A program made the position numbers and the translations under genes. From Yuukianura sp. NJ FZ-2021 (taxonomy: Eukaryota), in assembly GCA_046563655.1 (NCBI GenBank), contig CM102283.1, positions 1,798,001 to 1,862,000 of the forward strand: 64,000 nucleotides of DNA. The letters run 5' to 3'. The notes below the pieces were generated by a model, which saw only the letters and a list, made by a program, of their open reading frames with translations, searched no databases and was not told the origin of the DNA. Shown piece after piece: positions 1 through 21,238 of the stretch. How positions within the stretch are numbered: the first letter of the stretch is position 1; every line of letters starts with the position of its first letter.

Positions 1-165
1 TTTTTTCGTAACTACTAGCAACATCTGCCTCTGTTTTGTTCAAACTTCATAGTTTTAACAAAACCGAAATTGTAGGTTTCCAAATTTCCATATTTTGGTT
101 GTCTAAATTTTGATTTAAAACACGAATCTGCATGGGCGTCCATCATTTTTAAAACGCGAGTCCTC

Positions 166-1212
166 ATGGGCTGTCTCAAGGCTCTCTTTGGGAAGGTAAA
201 GAATTTCTCTTACGTACTATTTTTTTTAAATGAAAACAAACTTTAGTAAATTTTGAAATTGTTTTTAGAAAACGTTTTTTTGTTGTAAGAAAACGCAGCA
301 AAACCCAGCGGCCCGTCCTGGAGCCAACTACTTGTATGCTCTGGACTTTGACCAGACGATTCTCCAAGAAGATTCAGAAGCTGTCATTTCTGCTGCTCTC
401 GATTCGGAAATCCCGCCAAGCGTCCTTAGTCTCTACGACGGAGACAATTGGGCCGAATTCTGTGGAATTCTAATTGACTATGTTGTGCAAAACGGTGGCT
501 CACTGGAGAAAATAGAACAATGTATCGGGCAACTAGAGCCACTTTCAGGTAAAACTCAAACAACTCCAAACATTTTATGAAAAAAAAAATTGTTGAAAAG
601 TTACTTCCGACAACCATGATTTTTAAAATTTTTGTTCCAGGAATGAAAGCGCTGCTGCTCAAAATCAGCGATGCAGTTACTACCAACACTAAATCCAGAT
701 TCATTGTTGTATCCGGCTCAAATGACTTCTTCATTCGAACGTTTCTGGAAAGTGTCCATCCACCGCTAGCTGCTCAAGTACATATCATCTCCAATCATGC
801 TGAACCGACTGACACTGAGCCGAGAACACTCAAGTTTACGCCCCACGAACACCAAAGAGAATGTCCACTCTGTCCCAAGTTCCTCTGCAAAGGAACGGCG
901 CTCGAAGAGTACATTGCTACAAACGGACCGTTTACACAAGTCTACTACGTCGGAGATGGTTGTAACGATGTCGTAAGAAAACTAAACTTTTAGTCTTAAA
1001 AAAAACTTTTTGTAATAACTTTTGAAAAGTTCCATTTTTGGAAGTGTCCCGCCCAGAAGTTGACGAGCGGCGACATTCTGTTTGTTCGTGCCAATTACGA
1101 CTTGGAACGTTGTTTACGATTTGGGTTCTACGCTGGGCGGCCGGTCCATGTCAAGGCTCGTGTAATTTACTTTCGTAATGCCAAACAGATACAAAAATAC
1201 ATGAAATTTTGA
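166..1212 (+). CDS. PHOSPHO1/PHOSPHO2-like HAD phosphatase (multi-exon)
   Basis: Exon 1 (166-195, MGCLKALFGK|gt) splices in phase to 290. HAD motif I DFDQT, VVSGSN, CPLCPKFLCKG and YVGDGCND-CP are present. The last exon ends ...IQKYMKF* at 1212. Confidence 0.85.
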
Positions 1213-1502
1213 CAGTAAATTTGACACATTATTATTCCAAGACATCCAGGAGTAGTGTAATCAATTACAACCAGATTACAGATTATTAATCTGTAATCTA
1301 TTTAAGAAACAGAAAATTTACATGACTGCGCCGATCCGATAAATAAACCGATAACCGATAAATAAATTTCATTAAATAAATTTCAATTCTAATCCAAACA
1401 CTATGATTAAGTAATTGAGATGCTCTGTTACCATGCAGAGAAAAAGCATCCACTTCTACCTGTCCTGGCAGGCCCATATCTCTTCTGTGGTTACCATGTA
1501 GA

Positions 1503-2158
1503 CTATTTCTTGTGATTCATTTTGACGAATAGACGCTGAGCTCTGTATATCTCGTCTTCTCCAAGTGCCGAATTCAGTGCGTCAAGTAGACGTTGTTCTT
1601 CGGGTGAAAGGTCAGCCCGTGGTGATGGCTGTGGCGGCGGAGGATGGACGGGCGATGGCGGAGGACGGACGAGTGATGGTGGAGGATGGATGAGTGATGG
1701 CGGAGGACGGTTGGCTTTGACCTCGGAGTGTGGCAGTGCTGGTGGTGGAGCGTCGACCGGTGGATTAGCTAAAACACTAAGATCCGCTGTTCGTTTGTTT
1801 TTGCTCGGTGCGCCCGGCTCTAAATTCGCAGTCACACGGGGTGGACAGGTAGAAGAGACAACTACCTGTAAAGTAGAAAAGCAGATTATGAACGCCCACA
1901 TGCCAAACTCAACTAACAAATATTGGTGTTCCTTTGACGGTGTCACTTACCTCAGCAGGCCTACCGTAACCACGATAACGTCGGACGCAGCCGCCTAATG
2001 ACAAAATGACATTGCAGATTACAACATTGTACAATTCGTCATTGCCCATTGACATTCAAGAAACCTAGGAACGTTTTGTTGAAGTTAAAATTGAATGCTT
2101 GAATCTTACCAGGCGGATCTCCTCCTACTCCGAACGGAATGACCTTCTTGTTCTCCAT
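1503..2158 (-). CDS. Small proline-rich protein of unknown function (3 exons)
   Basis: Phase-consistent GT-AG exons read MENKKVIPFGVGGDPP|GGCVRRYRGYGRPAE|VVVSSTCPP...PPPS repeats...VKMNHKK*. No family recognised and the start is uncertain. Confidence 0.5.
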
Positions 2159-3017
2159 TGGATTTACAAGTTCAGATTCAGAGTGACCAAATGGTCGATG
2201 ATGTCAAACGGATACGCAACAAGAACGACCAGGCAGAGATTTAGGAGAAAACAAAACTGACAGGACAGGAGTTAGTTACTTAAATAACAAATGATGAATG
2301 ACGTGGACGATAGACAAGATTTCGTTTAACTTTGAGTTTGACTTTGACAGCACAGAAGAACTGAGGATGGACTAGGCGCATGCGCGATAAACTCATTTGT
2401 TTAGAAAGATGGGCTGATGGGCATCATTGTTTAGTTTTTAGTAAAAAGAACTTTCAATAATAAAAACATAAATAAATATTTCTATAAGTTTAACTATATA
2501 ATTATATTACTTAACTCTGCTAAACACTTTCTGTTTAATTTTGGCTATTAACTATTAATTTGGATGAAAAATCGTGTTACGACATCTTATGAATATGAAG
2601 AAAAATAACATTGCGTCGTTGTGTGAACTCATAGTCATGTTTTGGTTGAAGTAAAAGTGGAGCACCGTCTGTATCCACAGGTTCAAGTTTTCGCACTGCT
2701 ATCGTTGTACCCACTGATTGCATCCATACAAACCGTAAACCCACTGCAACTCAAAACAACACCTCCACCTAGCGGGAATAAAAGTAATCCGCTTGTTCAA
2801 TTTGAGCCTTTATTATGGTGGGTTTAATCGTAGCAGCAAGGACATGTGAACGAATGGGTACAGATGGGGAGTCCAAGGTTACTCCAACTCCAAGCAATGG
2901 AAATCGAATGAATGGCTCATTGGCTCAGTAATTATCGTTGACGTAAAGGTCAACAATCGTAATTGTAGCATCACTGAATAGTCACTCGGCCCATCTCGTG
3001 TAGCTACAATATATGAC

Positions 3018-3397
3018 GGTTATAGTAAACATAAGGGGTCCAATTTACTTAGAAATTTTTTGAGAGTGACATGACCTATGACAACCCGAAAATTGACCTC
3101 TACAAAAGTTGTTGGGCTTGACGAGTAGATCATTTTTTGTCATGTGACATATGACCCTGTGACCTTCCGTTGAGGTCATAGGGCAATTTGAAGGTGTAAC
3201 CTAACCTAACCTAACTAAATTTCAAATTGATCTATGACCTCAACGGAAGGTCACAGGGTCATATGTCACATGACAAAAAATGATCTACTCGTCAAGCCCA
3301 ACAACTTTTGTAGAGGTCAATTTTCGGGTTGTCATAGGTCATGTCACTCAAAGAATTTCTAATTGGACCCATTGGACCCCATATGTTTACTATAACC
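3018..3397. mobile_element. Foldback MITE, possibly Merlin-type
   Basis: Near-perfect inverted arms of ~175 bp starting GGTTATAGTAAACAT. 8-bp TSD TATATGAC at 3010-3017 and 3398-3405. Central spacer is a short (TAACC)n run. Confidence 0.85.
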
Positions 3398-3732
3398 TAT
3401 ATGACTACAAATAGTGGCGAATTTTGTATCCACTCATACCTAAAAAACGCTGAACCGAAAACGGCAACATAAGTAGCCATAGCAGCGGTAATCCGCTGAA
3501 TCCGCCTAATCCGCGATCCGCCTTTTAGGGAGACCCAGCATAGCCACCCATTGTAGCTGCAAGCAAAGCCGCAACACTGCGCGGCTACAATTGTGCCGTT
3601 AAACCTTATCTCATTCACATTTCCAAATTAAACGGGAGGTGTTTACGCCGTGACTCAGTACAGTACTCAACCAAATCATCTTGCAATCTGAAATTTGGTT
3701 TTAAAGAATTTATTTTAATCTACTGGTTAATT

Positions 3733-5378
<1,646 letters not shown>

Positions 5379-5801
5379 AGATGAAGAGTCATCTTGAGAT
5401 TCACTTCAGTTCGAACGGATTCGAACTTTTCAGATTCAAGATCCAATATCCAATTTTAAATTCAACTTTAATTCTAGAGACACTCAATTTCCCTGCATGC
5501 TGCAGTGTAGAAATTACATTTAGCTGACGTTTTGCCCAGACACTCGACCACTGAAGATTTTAACTCTTTGTAAACACTTCTTTTTTGTCAAAAACGTTTG
5601 TCGCGTTTTTGAGATTAATCAAGCTAATTGTAGCCTATCGAAAGCCGCCTTCTCCCAAACACGAAATGCATCTTTCCTGTCGCTACACTTTCCTCTGCTA
5701 TCGTTTTGTAGTAAAATCCCAATAAAAAATAAAATTAAGTTCGGTTGACCTTTGACACTGACATGGTCCACATCATGTATACACAATTCTAGTAATCCAG
5801 G

Positions 5802-13190
<7,389 letters not shown>

Positions 13191-13624
13191 GACCTACTTT
13201 AAGGCAGCTTCGTATCTTGATAATTTTGAACTTTTCAATGAATTATTCAAAATTTTGAACTTTTTTTTTCAAAATTTTGACCTTTTCCCGAAATCACAGG
13301 ACACAAGTGTCAGTCAGTTGTTGGAAGCTGGAGAGGAAAAGTATGAATGATTTGAAGAAAATGAAAAGAGATAGGAATCAATTGACATTTGGATGATGTC
13401 CATGTCATGGAAGGATCTTAAAAGTTAAGTTCATTTTGTTATACACTGACACGAGTTAGAATTCATCAGTTAGTGTCGAGCTTAAAACAAAATAAAGCGC
13501 GTGTGCCTTTTTGTTTAGTTGGTTTGATACTACTGGAATCAATAAACCGACTCAAAACTTCTTTTGCCTCCTTGGCATCATTTCAAATTTTTGGATACCG
13601 TTATGAATTGGATTACGGTGGGGC

Positions 13625-14727
13625 CTATTTCTTGTAATTCATTCGGACGAATAGACGCTGAGCTCTGGAAATCTTGTCTTCTCCAATTGCTAAATTCAGT
13701 GTTTCAAGTAGAAGTTGTTCTTCGGGTGAAAGGTCACACCGTGGTGATGGCTCTGGCTGGCTGTGTACTATGGACGGGTAATAGTGGAGGACGGTTGACT
13801 TTGACTTCGGAGTATAAAACTGTGATGGCGCTGCAGCACGGGCGGGTGGTGGTTGAAGAGTGTTGGCTTAGAATATCAGTACTGGCGGTGGGGTGGCGAC
13901 CGGTGGATTAGCTAAAGCAATAAGATCTGGCTTTCGGCTGTTTTTGCTCGGCGCACCCGGGTCTAAATTTGTGTAACTGAAAGTGTCAAGTATGTTCGGA
14001 AACCCATTGACTATTTGGTATTGGATGAAGTCGGATTTGGAGCCGCACGAAACAACCCGGTATCCACACGTAAGTTGACCGTTACTACAAAACGTGAAAC
14101 CAATAAAAAACTCAATGTTAAAAGAAACTGAACTTTTAGGAAACAGCATCAAGAACAACATTCCAATTGGTATGGTCAGACTTGCACCCAGTTCTCAACC
14201 ACCTACACTTCTCCAATGGGTACGAAATTGGGAACACTTCGCTCAAATACATCAATTATATATGAAATAAATCAATCAAATACAATTTATCTAACTCCGC
14301 CAGTCGTTGTTCCGCCGCAAGTTCCGTCTCATTATGCTCTAAACTATCCAATGGGACATCCAGGCAGGATTTCTCAAACATCTATGCCTAGCGAACAATC
14401 TATGCATAGCAAATTACGAACACAGCCAATAATTGGCTGCCAATTATAGTAATTGGCAATTCAAACCGAACTGCGTTGAGCCTTGCGATTCATTTCACTT
14501 CGAACGTATTTGAACTTTTCAGATTCAAAATCCAATATCCAATTTTAAATTCTACTTTAATTCTAGAGATACTCAATTTTTTGCATGCTGCAATGTAAAA
14601 ATTATGTTTAGCTGACGTTTTGCCCAGACACTCGACCACTGAAGATTTTAACTCTTTGTAAACACTTCTTTTTTGTTGAAAACGCGATCGCGTTTTTGAG
14701 ATTAATTAAGCTAATTGTAGCCTATCG
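13625..14727 (+). pseudogene. Eroded segmental-duplication remnant (Pro-rich gene exon + Abi fragments + Abi 3' UTR)
   Basis: Collinear matches to ~1503-1830, 4291-4665 (intron retained), ~4920-4960 and ~5400-5640. Continues after the Transib at 20834-20931, matching ~5636-5735. Confidence 0.9.
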
Positions 14728-14965
14728 CACTATGGTCGGATTTCAGAAAAAAAGTTCGGTCTTTTTTTGAAACAAATTTTAATCACAACGTTGCCCTTAA
14801 CAACCGGCTCGGTTGAAAGAAGGAAACAGTGTCCAATGTTCCATATGGTTTCTTTTAACATTTACCAGTTTATTAACTGAATATGAAGCAAAAAAATAAT
14901 AAACTAAATTTTCTTTTCTTTGGTTGCAGAGTCCAGAATTTCTAATTTTTTCTTAAAACTTTTCT

Positions 14966-16070
14966 TCATTTTCCTTCTCTCTTTTTTGATTGACCTTTGC
15001 CCATCAGTGCTGCCTTCCTACCATCCTTCCGCTCCTTTCTAACTTCCTTCTTCAAGTCGATCTCCAACTTTTTCCTTGCCGCTTCATTTCCACTCTAAAA
15101 AACAAATGAAAATACGATAAAAACACAAGCAATCACGTATTTATACACATTTAGTATTACATTTCTGACACGACATGCATCATCCTCTAGTTTTTCCTGG
15201 ACCATCTTATCCTTGATTTCAGGAAGGCGGATCGGCTTCTTTGGTATTTTAAACTAAAATTTCGAAGAAGTTTAAATGCACGTTTGAACTCAAGCAATCT
15301 ATTGGCAAGTTGAAGCATCGAGCACCTTACCTTTTTCAAAGTTGAGTTGGATGGTCCTTCCTGCAAAAGTTTAATACTTGATTAATAGTTTTTTGAAATA
15401 AATTTACTACAAAGCAACATCAAAATGCATAAGTCAAATTTCATAGCGTAAAATTGCGTGTTTTGATCTAAGTTGCGAACTTAATGAACGAAAACTCATA
15501 AATAAATAAATAAATTGCAAACCCAAATTAAACCGAAATTAATTTTTTTCCCCCAAACTTTACATCTTAACAATACAGCATAAGGAATACCAGCTAAAAC
15601 TACTAATGAAGAACTTATACACAACAAATAAGGAATAATAAGAAACAATTAGAAATAATTACAAAAGCTAATGGAAAGGTTGACTAGAATTCATTGTCGG
15701 ACGAATCAGTGTCACATACTTCTGCTGCAACATCATCTTCGTCATCCTCTGGCATATTCGCAAAGATCTCTCGAATCTCTTGATTGGATTCCTCGTTTTC
15801 AATTTCCCAGATAATATTATCAATTGCTGTAGACACGATGTGTTCCAGATCCAGTACCAATTCCATAGTGCTATCTTCGCTGATCTCCTCCAACATCTCT
15901 TCCTCAACCACATTGTCAACCGCTAAATCTTCATTCACCTCTACAGCAATTGCTGCCTCCATTTCTTCTGCCATCTCCAGAACCTCATCCTCCTCAGCAA
16001 ATTCCGGTAAGGTCTTATAAACCGACTGAATTTTTCGTTTCGTTGTCCTTGCATTTCCTTTAATACAGCC
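14966..16070 (-). CDS. Second, spliced gene inside the Transib: acidic exon plus small Lys/Arg-rich exons
   Basis: An acceptor at 16071-16072 opens a 128-codon E/D-rich ORF. Downstream in-phase GT-AG exons read EGPSNSTLKK|FKIPKKPIRLPEIKDK...RN|SGNEAARKKLEIDLKKEVRKERK...*. Joining of the two parts is not established. Confidence 0.5.
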
Positions 16071-16570
16071 CTGCGAATGCAAGCAACGTGAAATGCAATT
16101 AACAAAATTATGGTGATAAATCTATGCAAATCGTGTAAAACATGTTCAATGCTTAATTTTTTGTGGATTACCCGGTTACGATTAGAACATTCCCTAACCA
16201 CCGGCACTTTCGCCCACACGGGTTACTCCTGGCTTACGGTGCAACCCCACCACAACAAATTTTGGTATCATTTGCAGGTTGATGTTATTGTTTTTGAGAC
16301 GGCATTTTCCGTTTTGAACGTGTAAGCTGTGAAAACTCATTTTTTTCTACTACTTTCTAACTACGAATTTATTTATTCATAAAACTATACTCAACTTGAA
16401 ATTTCGATTAGTTAGGATGCAATAGCTGACAGCAAAGAATTTACTAGCAAAACACACCGGACAAACATATACATACATTGAAAATGAAAATTGAAACAAA
16501 CTGAAGATATCTGAAAACGAATTATAGTTAACTATGAAACCATTTACCAACGCCTAATTCTTTCAAGACT

Positions 16571-18865
16571 CTAGGAATATATTTCTATTTCTTCGGCGAC
16601 AGGAATGTCGTAGTCGAAATACTCCTTCCACTTATCCTCATCGTCCAAATCCGGTTCGTTCCAGGCACATTCGTCTTGATTGAGAGGGGGATGTGGCGCT
16701 AGCAGAAGATCCTCAATAATCGCCAATGACTTTCGCTTTGGATGACTTCTGGTGCTCAATCGCGACATAGAAAGACTGGGATCCGATGACTCCAAAGACC
16801 TGCACAGTACATCCCAGTTGGCGTCAGTTCTGCTCTTTTTACGACTATGGTGGAGTCGGTATTGTCGAAACAACTTATGTCGACCTTCTTGGCCATCTTC
16901 TCCCATCAATCCCAACGGCAGTGGACTATGTCAAAAAATCAAGAGCGTTAAGACAATCTTAATTGTTGGTTACCGTGATAAAAAATTGAAACATCTCCAA
17001 CCTTTTCTCCATCAAATCCTGTCCATGAATCAATATCTTATGCAATGTGGCAGGCATGTAGAACCAACTACCATACAAATCATGGAATAGTGAGACGGTG
17101 TCAGCACAGAGTGTTCCAAACTTGTTCGGCTCCACTGCGAGTTGGCACGTTAAGCAGCATAAAATCTTCTTGAAGTTTAACAACAAATTTCGATCGAGTC
17201 CAATGATTTTAGCAAATAAATCTACATCATCAAAAGCTCGTCTAGCGGTGTTTCCGTTATTTGAGTTGCCACCATTTTGGTTGGGGAAGTCAACACGTAA
17301 TCCAAAGTATTCCCACATATTCCGCTGAATTCGCATCTTCCGCTCCTTTACTTGTGGTTGCAGGTCTTGAGTGACTCGCCTGTATTCCAATAATGTATGA
17401 ATATGAATTCCAAGTTAAGACTTAACGACTTTACTCACCAAACTTGAAATGGGAGACGATAACTTATGTGCAAACAACACTCAAAGATCCTAATCCAGGC
17501 GTGTAAGGGTGATATTCCATGCTGAAGACTCATCTGCTTTGGAGCGAACTTCTGGGTTCCTATATTTTCTCTAGTGAAGTCAGTCGGATTGGAGTGGCAA
17601 ATTGGGCATGTTTGTGAAGAGTTTGTGTCGGTCAAATAACACAAAATTTTCCCGTCAATCATGGTGAGATGCAACTCGAACGCTACTGTCAATCTAAGTA
17701 TCAAAGTATCCACATTACAATTCTCAAAATCCTAAAGTATATCTAACGTCATAGCTTACACTAGGTTTTCAGCGATGGCTATATCAATAGGCTGTAGTTT
17801 ACTGATCTCCTCTTCTATTCGTCTTCTTTCTGATAGTACAAAGTCTTTAGTCTCTTTCTTGAATGCCATCTTTATTGGTCGGCAAAACAATGGAGACTGA
17901 GGCTTTGGATTACGCCAATACAAGGAATCCGTACTGTCAAGTTGGAGAGGAACCAATGATAGTATGAAGAGGTGAGACTCTTCAACGAATTCTCTTCCTG
18001 CTCCCTTCTGATTGTACTGGGACTGGTTACCAGAACCGTCCATTCCCCAGGCAAATGTCATCTTGGCAAACTTTTGTTGTACGTTGGACGCTTGCATTTG
18101 TTGGATAATAACTTCCTTTTGAAACTTTACAATTCTGGTACAGGTATGTTCGAGCAATGCAGATAGTTCAACTTCAGCCCCTGTTTCACTTGCTTGAATA
18201 GACGCGGCTGGCGGTCGACAAATTTCTTTGGCTTTCATAAGTTTATCATACGCAGGAAAAAGATTCTGATGCCCAGCAGCGTTCGTCACTTTCCGCAGTG
18301 TGCAGTATTGCTCTTTTGAGAGGGATAACTCAAGAACTAGCTTAAGAGCTTCTTCGTCGGTCAGATTCCGTTGGAATTGTGATTTGGACTTCCTAGAGTT
18401 GATGACATCAATTGCAGCGGACTTTTTTTTCGCCAGTTGTCGTAAAACGGCGGAACGAGCCTTGCTACACGGAGTTCCCAACTTCTTCAACGTTTTCGCT
18501 GTGCCTAGAAGTAGTACGTCTTGACTTTCTACTTGAGAATCCGAAACATGACCCACGCGACGCTTCTTCGAACTTAATGATTCACCAGTTGCACCAGTGT
18601 TTTCTCTGGCAAGATGCGGTGGAATCGTAACCTCGCGAAGCAACCAAGCTTCTTCGTTTTCTAGAAAACGCTCCATATACTTGCAGCTATTCTTCCACTT
18701 ACGTATAAATGAAGTACGCCACCGAACAACTAATTTTCGCAGCTCCATTTCGTTATTTTTGGAAACATTTTTCCGGATGTAGGGGCGTAGTACCCGTAGT
18801 GCTTCGGCTATCGCTTTTTCAGAAGGTGACCTAAGCATGATGAGATCTCGCCACTTCAAAGCAAC
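16571..18865 (-). CDS. Transib transposase (RAG1 core homologue), at least 4 exons
   Basis: WGMDGSG (D1), LTMIDGK (D2), CPIC, LHAWIR, NNGNTARRAF, LHKILIHG and GEDGQEGRHK (E). Three introns splice in phase with no internal stop. The 5' end is uncertain; a possible upstream exon lies at 19071-19146. Confidence 0.93.
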
Positions 18866-19352
18866 CTAATTTTAGCCAGAAAATAAAAATATAAACAAAA
18901 ATTTATGAACAAATTTTTCAGAGTATGTAAAACAGAAGTAGGTAATCTCTAGTTAAACTGGGTATGACAAACAGTTCGTCAATAAAACGTAAAAAGCCGT
19001 GAATTGCGCACGAGTTTTTCATTTCCCTAACCACCTGCACTTTCACCCGTACGGGCTACTCCTGGCTCACGGTATATCCCACCCTCAAAATTCTGATGTT
19101 TGGTTTTGATGTTTTGGCGGGAAAGTATCCCGCAGCGTGGCGCAGCCTTTAAAAAATTTAAGAATTTAAAAAACCCTAAAAAAGTAAACGAAAAAACCGA
19201 TTTCCAACGTTATTCGAATTTCTTTTGGCACTAGTAACATAAAATAATATATTGAAATTGAGAAATTGCATTTCAGTTTTTTCAGAAACTAAAATCTTTT
19301 TTAACCTTTTAATATATTATATGCATTGTATATATTTCTATTTAAAAATTCT

Positions 19353-19778
19353 CAGTGACATAATTGGTAACTTTGTAAGATGGATAAAGTGACATTGGAA
19401 CTCATAAAGTAGTTTTCGTAACTTTGTTAGAGGGACAAACTGACATGGAAACTCATAAGGTAGCTTTTGTAAGTGTGACAGATGGACAGAGTGACATAGG
19501 AACTCATGAAGTAGCTTTTGTAATTGTGACAGATGGACAGATTGACATAGGAACTCATGAAGTAGCTTTTGTAATTGTGACAGATGGACAGATTGACATA
19601 GGAACTCATGAAGTAGCTTTTGTAATTGTGACAGATGGACAGAGTGACATAGGAACGCATGAAGTAGCTTTGGTAAGTGTGACTGACCGACAGAGGGACA
19701 TAGGAACGCAAGAAGTAGCTTTTGTAAGTGTGACAGATGGACAGAGTGACATAGGAACTCATGAAGTAAGTGTGACTG
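19353..19778. repeat. 51-bp minisatellite (about 7-8 copies) inside the Transib
   Basis: Unit GTGACAGATGGACAGAGTGACATAGGAACTCATGAAGTAGCTTTTGTAA(G/T)T. It gives a 17-aa period in the ORF track. Confidence 0.9.
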
Positions 19779-21238
19779 AATTTTAAAGTTTTAAATTTGA
19801 ATTGTTTTGAATTTCGCGCTAATTTTTTGGTTTCTTCCATCCACTAATAGTTTCGTCCATTAGGAGCACCTTTCGTCCAATGGATATCCAGTGGAAGTAA
19901 CAATTAAGCCACTGGACATTTAAGCGTCCATCAACACTGATCACTTTCCTAAAACTGACGTCATTTTGCCAACCCTAACTTAAGCGGAAACGAAAGCAAG
20001 CGCAAAGTGAAATATGAAATAGACACATTACCATGTTTGACGAGTTTTGGCTGTTCACCTGGAGCGACTTGACTTTGACTGCTGACCTGCTGACCTTTGA
20101 CTGCTGACCCTTGAATGCTGACCTTTGACTGCTGACAGTTGACTGCTGACCTTTGACTGCTGACTCTTGACTTACCGATGGCTTTGACAGACCGATGAAA
20201 AGACTTAATTGACGACTAACGGGACAGACACAAAAGACAAAGAACAAGAATCTATGCTCTCCAACTTACGGAATTGTACAAAATACAAAATAATGGCAAT
20301 TGAGAAATGCAAAACTTGAACCATTAGCTTCACGGTGAATTGACAAAATAAAACATGAAATGGGAAATGGGGCATTTTACAATGACAATTGGATCTCCGC
20401 CTCATGTGACTTTCCGACCCCGGTCTATTACAATTGCAATTGCTTTGTAGTTTAAATTTTGAAAGTATGGATTTGGCGCGTTTAAAGTTTGTGACGCCAA
20501 ATCTCAGTATAACATCAACTTATGACTGCGAAATCACAAATTCGCAAATAATGATTATTGCAACCAACAAAATAAACAAGAATTTAGAGATACTTTGGAT
20601 AAGTTTTAGGCAGTAACTAAGCATTATGAGCCGATTTGCACCTCAAAATATCAAAGACCAAGTCTTCCAGAACGCTAATCACCCTTTGGTTTGTCATTAG
20701 AGGGTTAGGCTTTTTGAGGCCAAAAATCAATCGGTACGTCAATTTTTTGGTCAAAATGCGCTGATAAGTTATTTTGTTTACAAAATTTATTTGATTCCCT
20801 GAGAACCAAAAAATAAAATAAACAACCATAGTGTATCGGAAGCCGCATTCTCCCAAACACGAAATGCATCTTTCCTTTCGCAATACTTTCTTCTGCTTCC
20901 GTTTCGCAAAAACCCAATAAAAAGTAAAATTGCCAAAATGGAAATCCAAAAAATGGCAAACATTTTGAACTTTGGAGAGTTGAAACCGCTTTGAAAACGT
21001 GACAGTCTAAAAGTCGTTTGAATTCCACCGCTGATTTTTACAACTTCTTCGTTGTCTTTAGAAAGCAAAGGACAAGAAATGCTTTGCGAAAAACTTTGAA
21101 AACTTTCCATTTATATTTTTATTGTCTGTCTAAAGTTGACAGTGACTCAAGTAAGCCAAAAATTTTGGAATTCTAAAATCCGAATTACTTTTTCCAAAGT
21201 AATTTAAACGCAGTAAAATTGCAAAATTTTGAAAAATA

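Larger units (their letters stand above)
14728..20833 (-). mobile_element. Full-length Transib DNA transposon (~6.1 kb)
   Basis: Termini CACTATGGT...ACCATAGTG with a 5-bp TSD TATCG (14723-14727, 20834-20838). The flanks rejoin into a copy of the Abi 3' UTR, and the element encodes a RAG1-core-like transposase. Confidence 0.95.

Noticed and set aside
16190-16250. Known self-cleaving ribozyme (hammerhead, twister, HDV, pistol)
   Set aside because: GAAA follows a hairpin, but CUGANGA and the other core motifs are absent. Kept only as an unknown motif.
19353-19840. Repeat array as CRISPR, or the 120/137-aa ORFs as genes
   Set aside because: The 51-bp units are contiguous with no unique spacers. 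The ORFs arise because the unit length is a multiple of 3.
20781-20833. True 23-RSS at the Transib right end
   Set aside because: The sequence after heptamer+23 is CTCAGGGAA, which is not nonamer-like.
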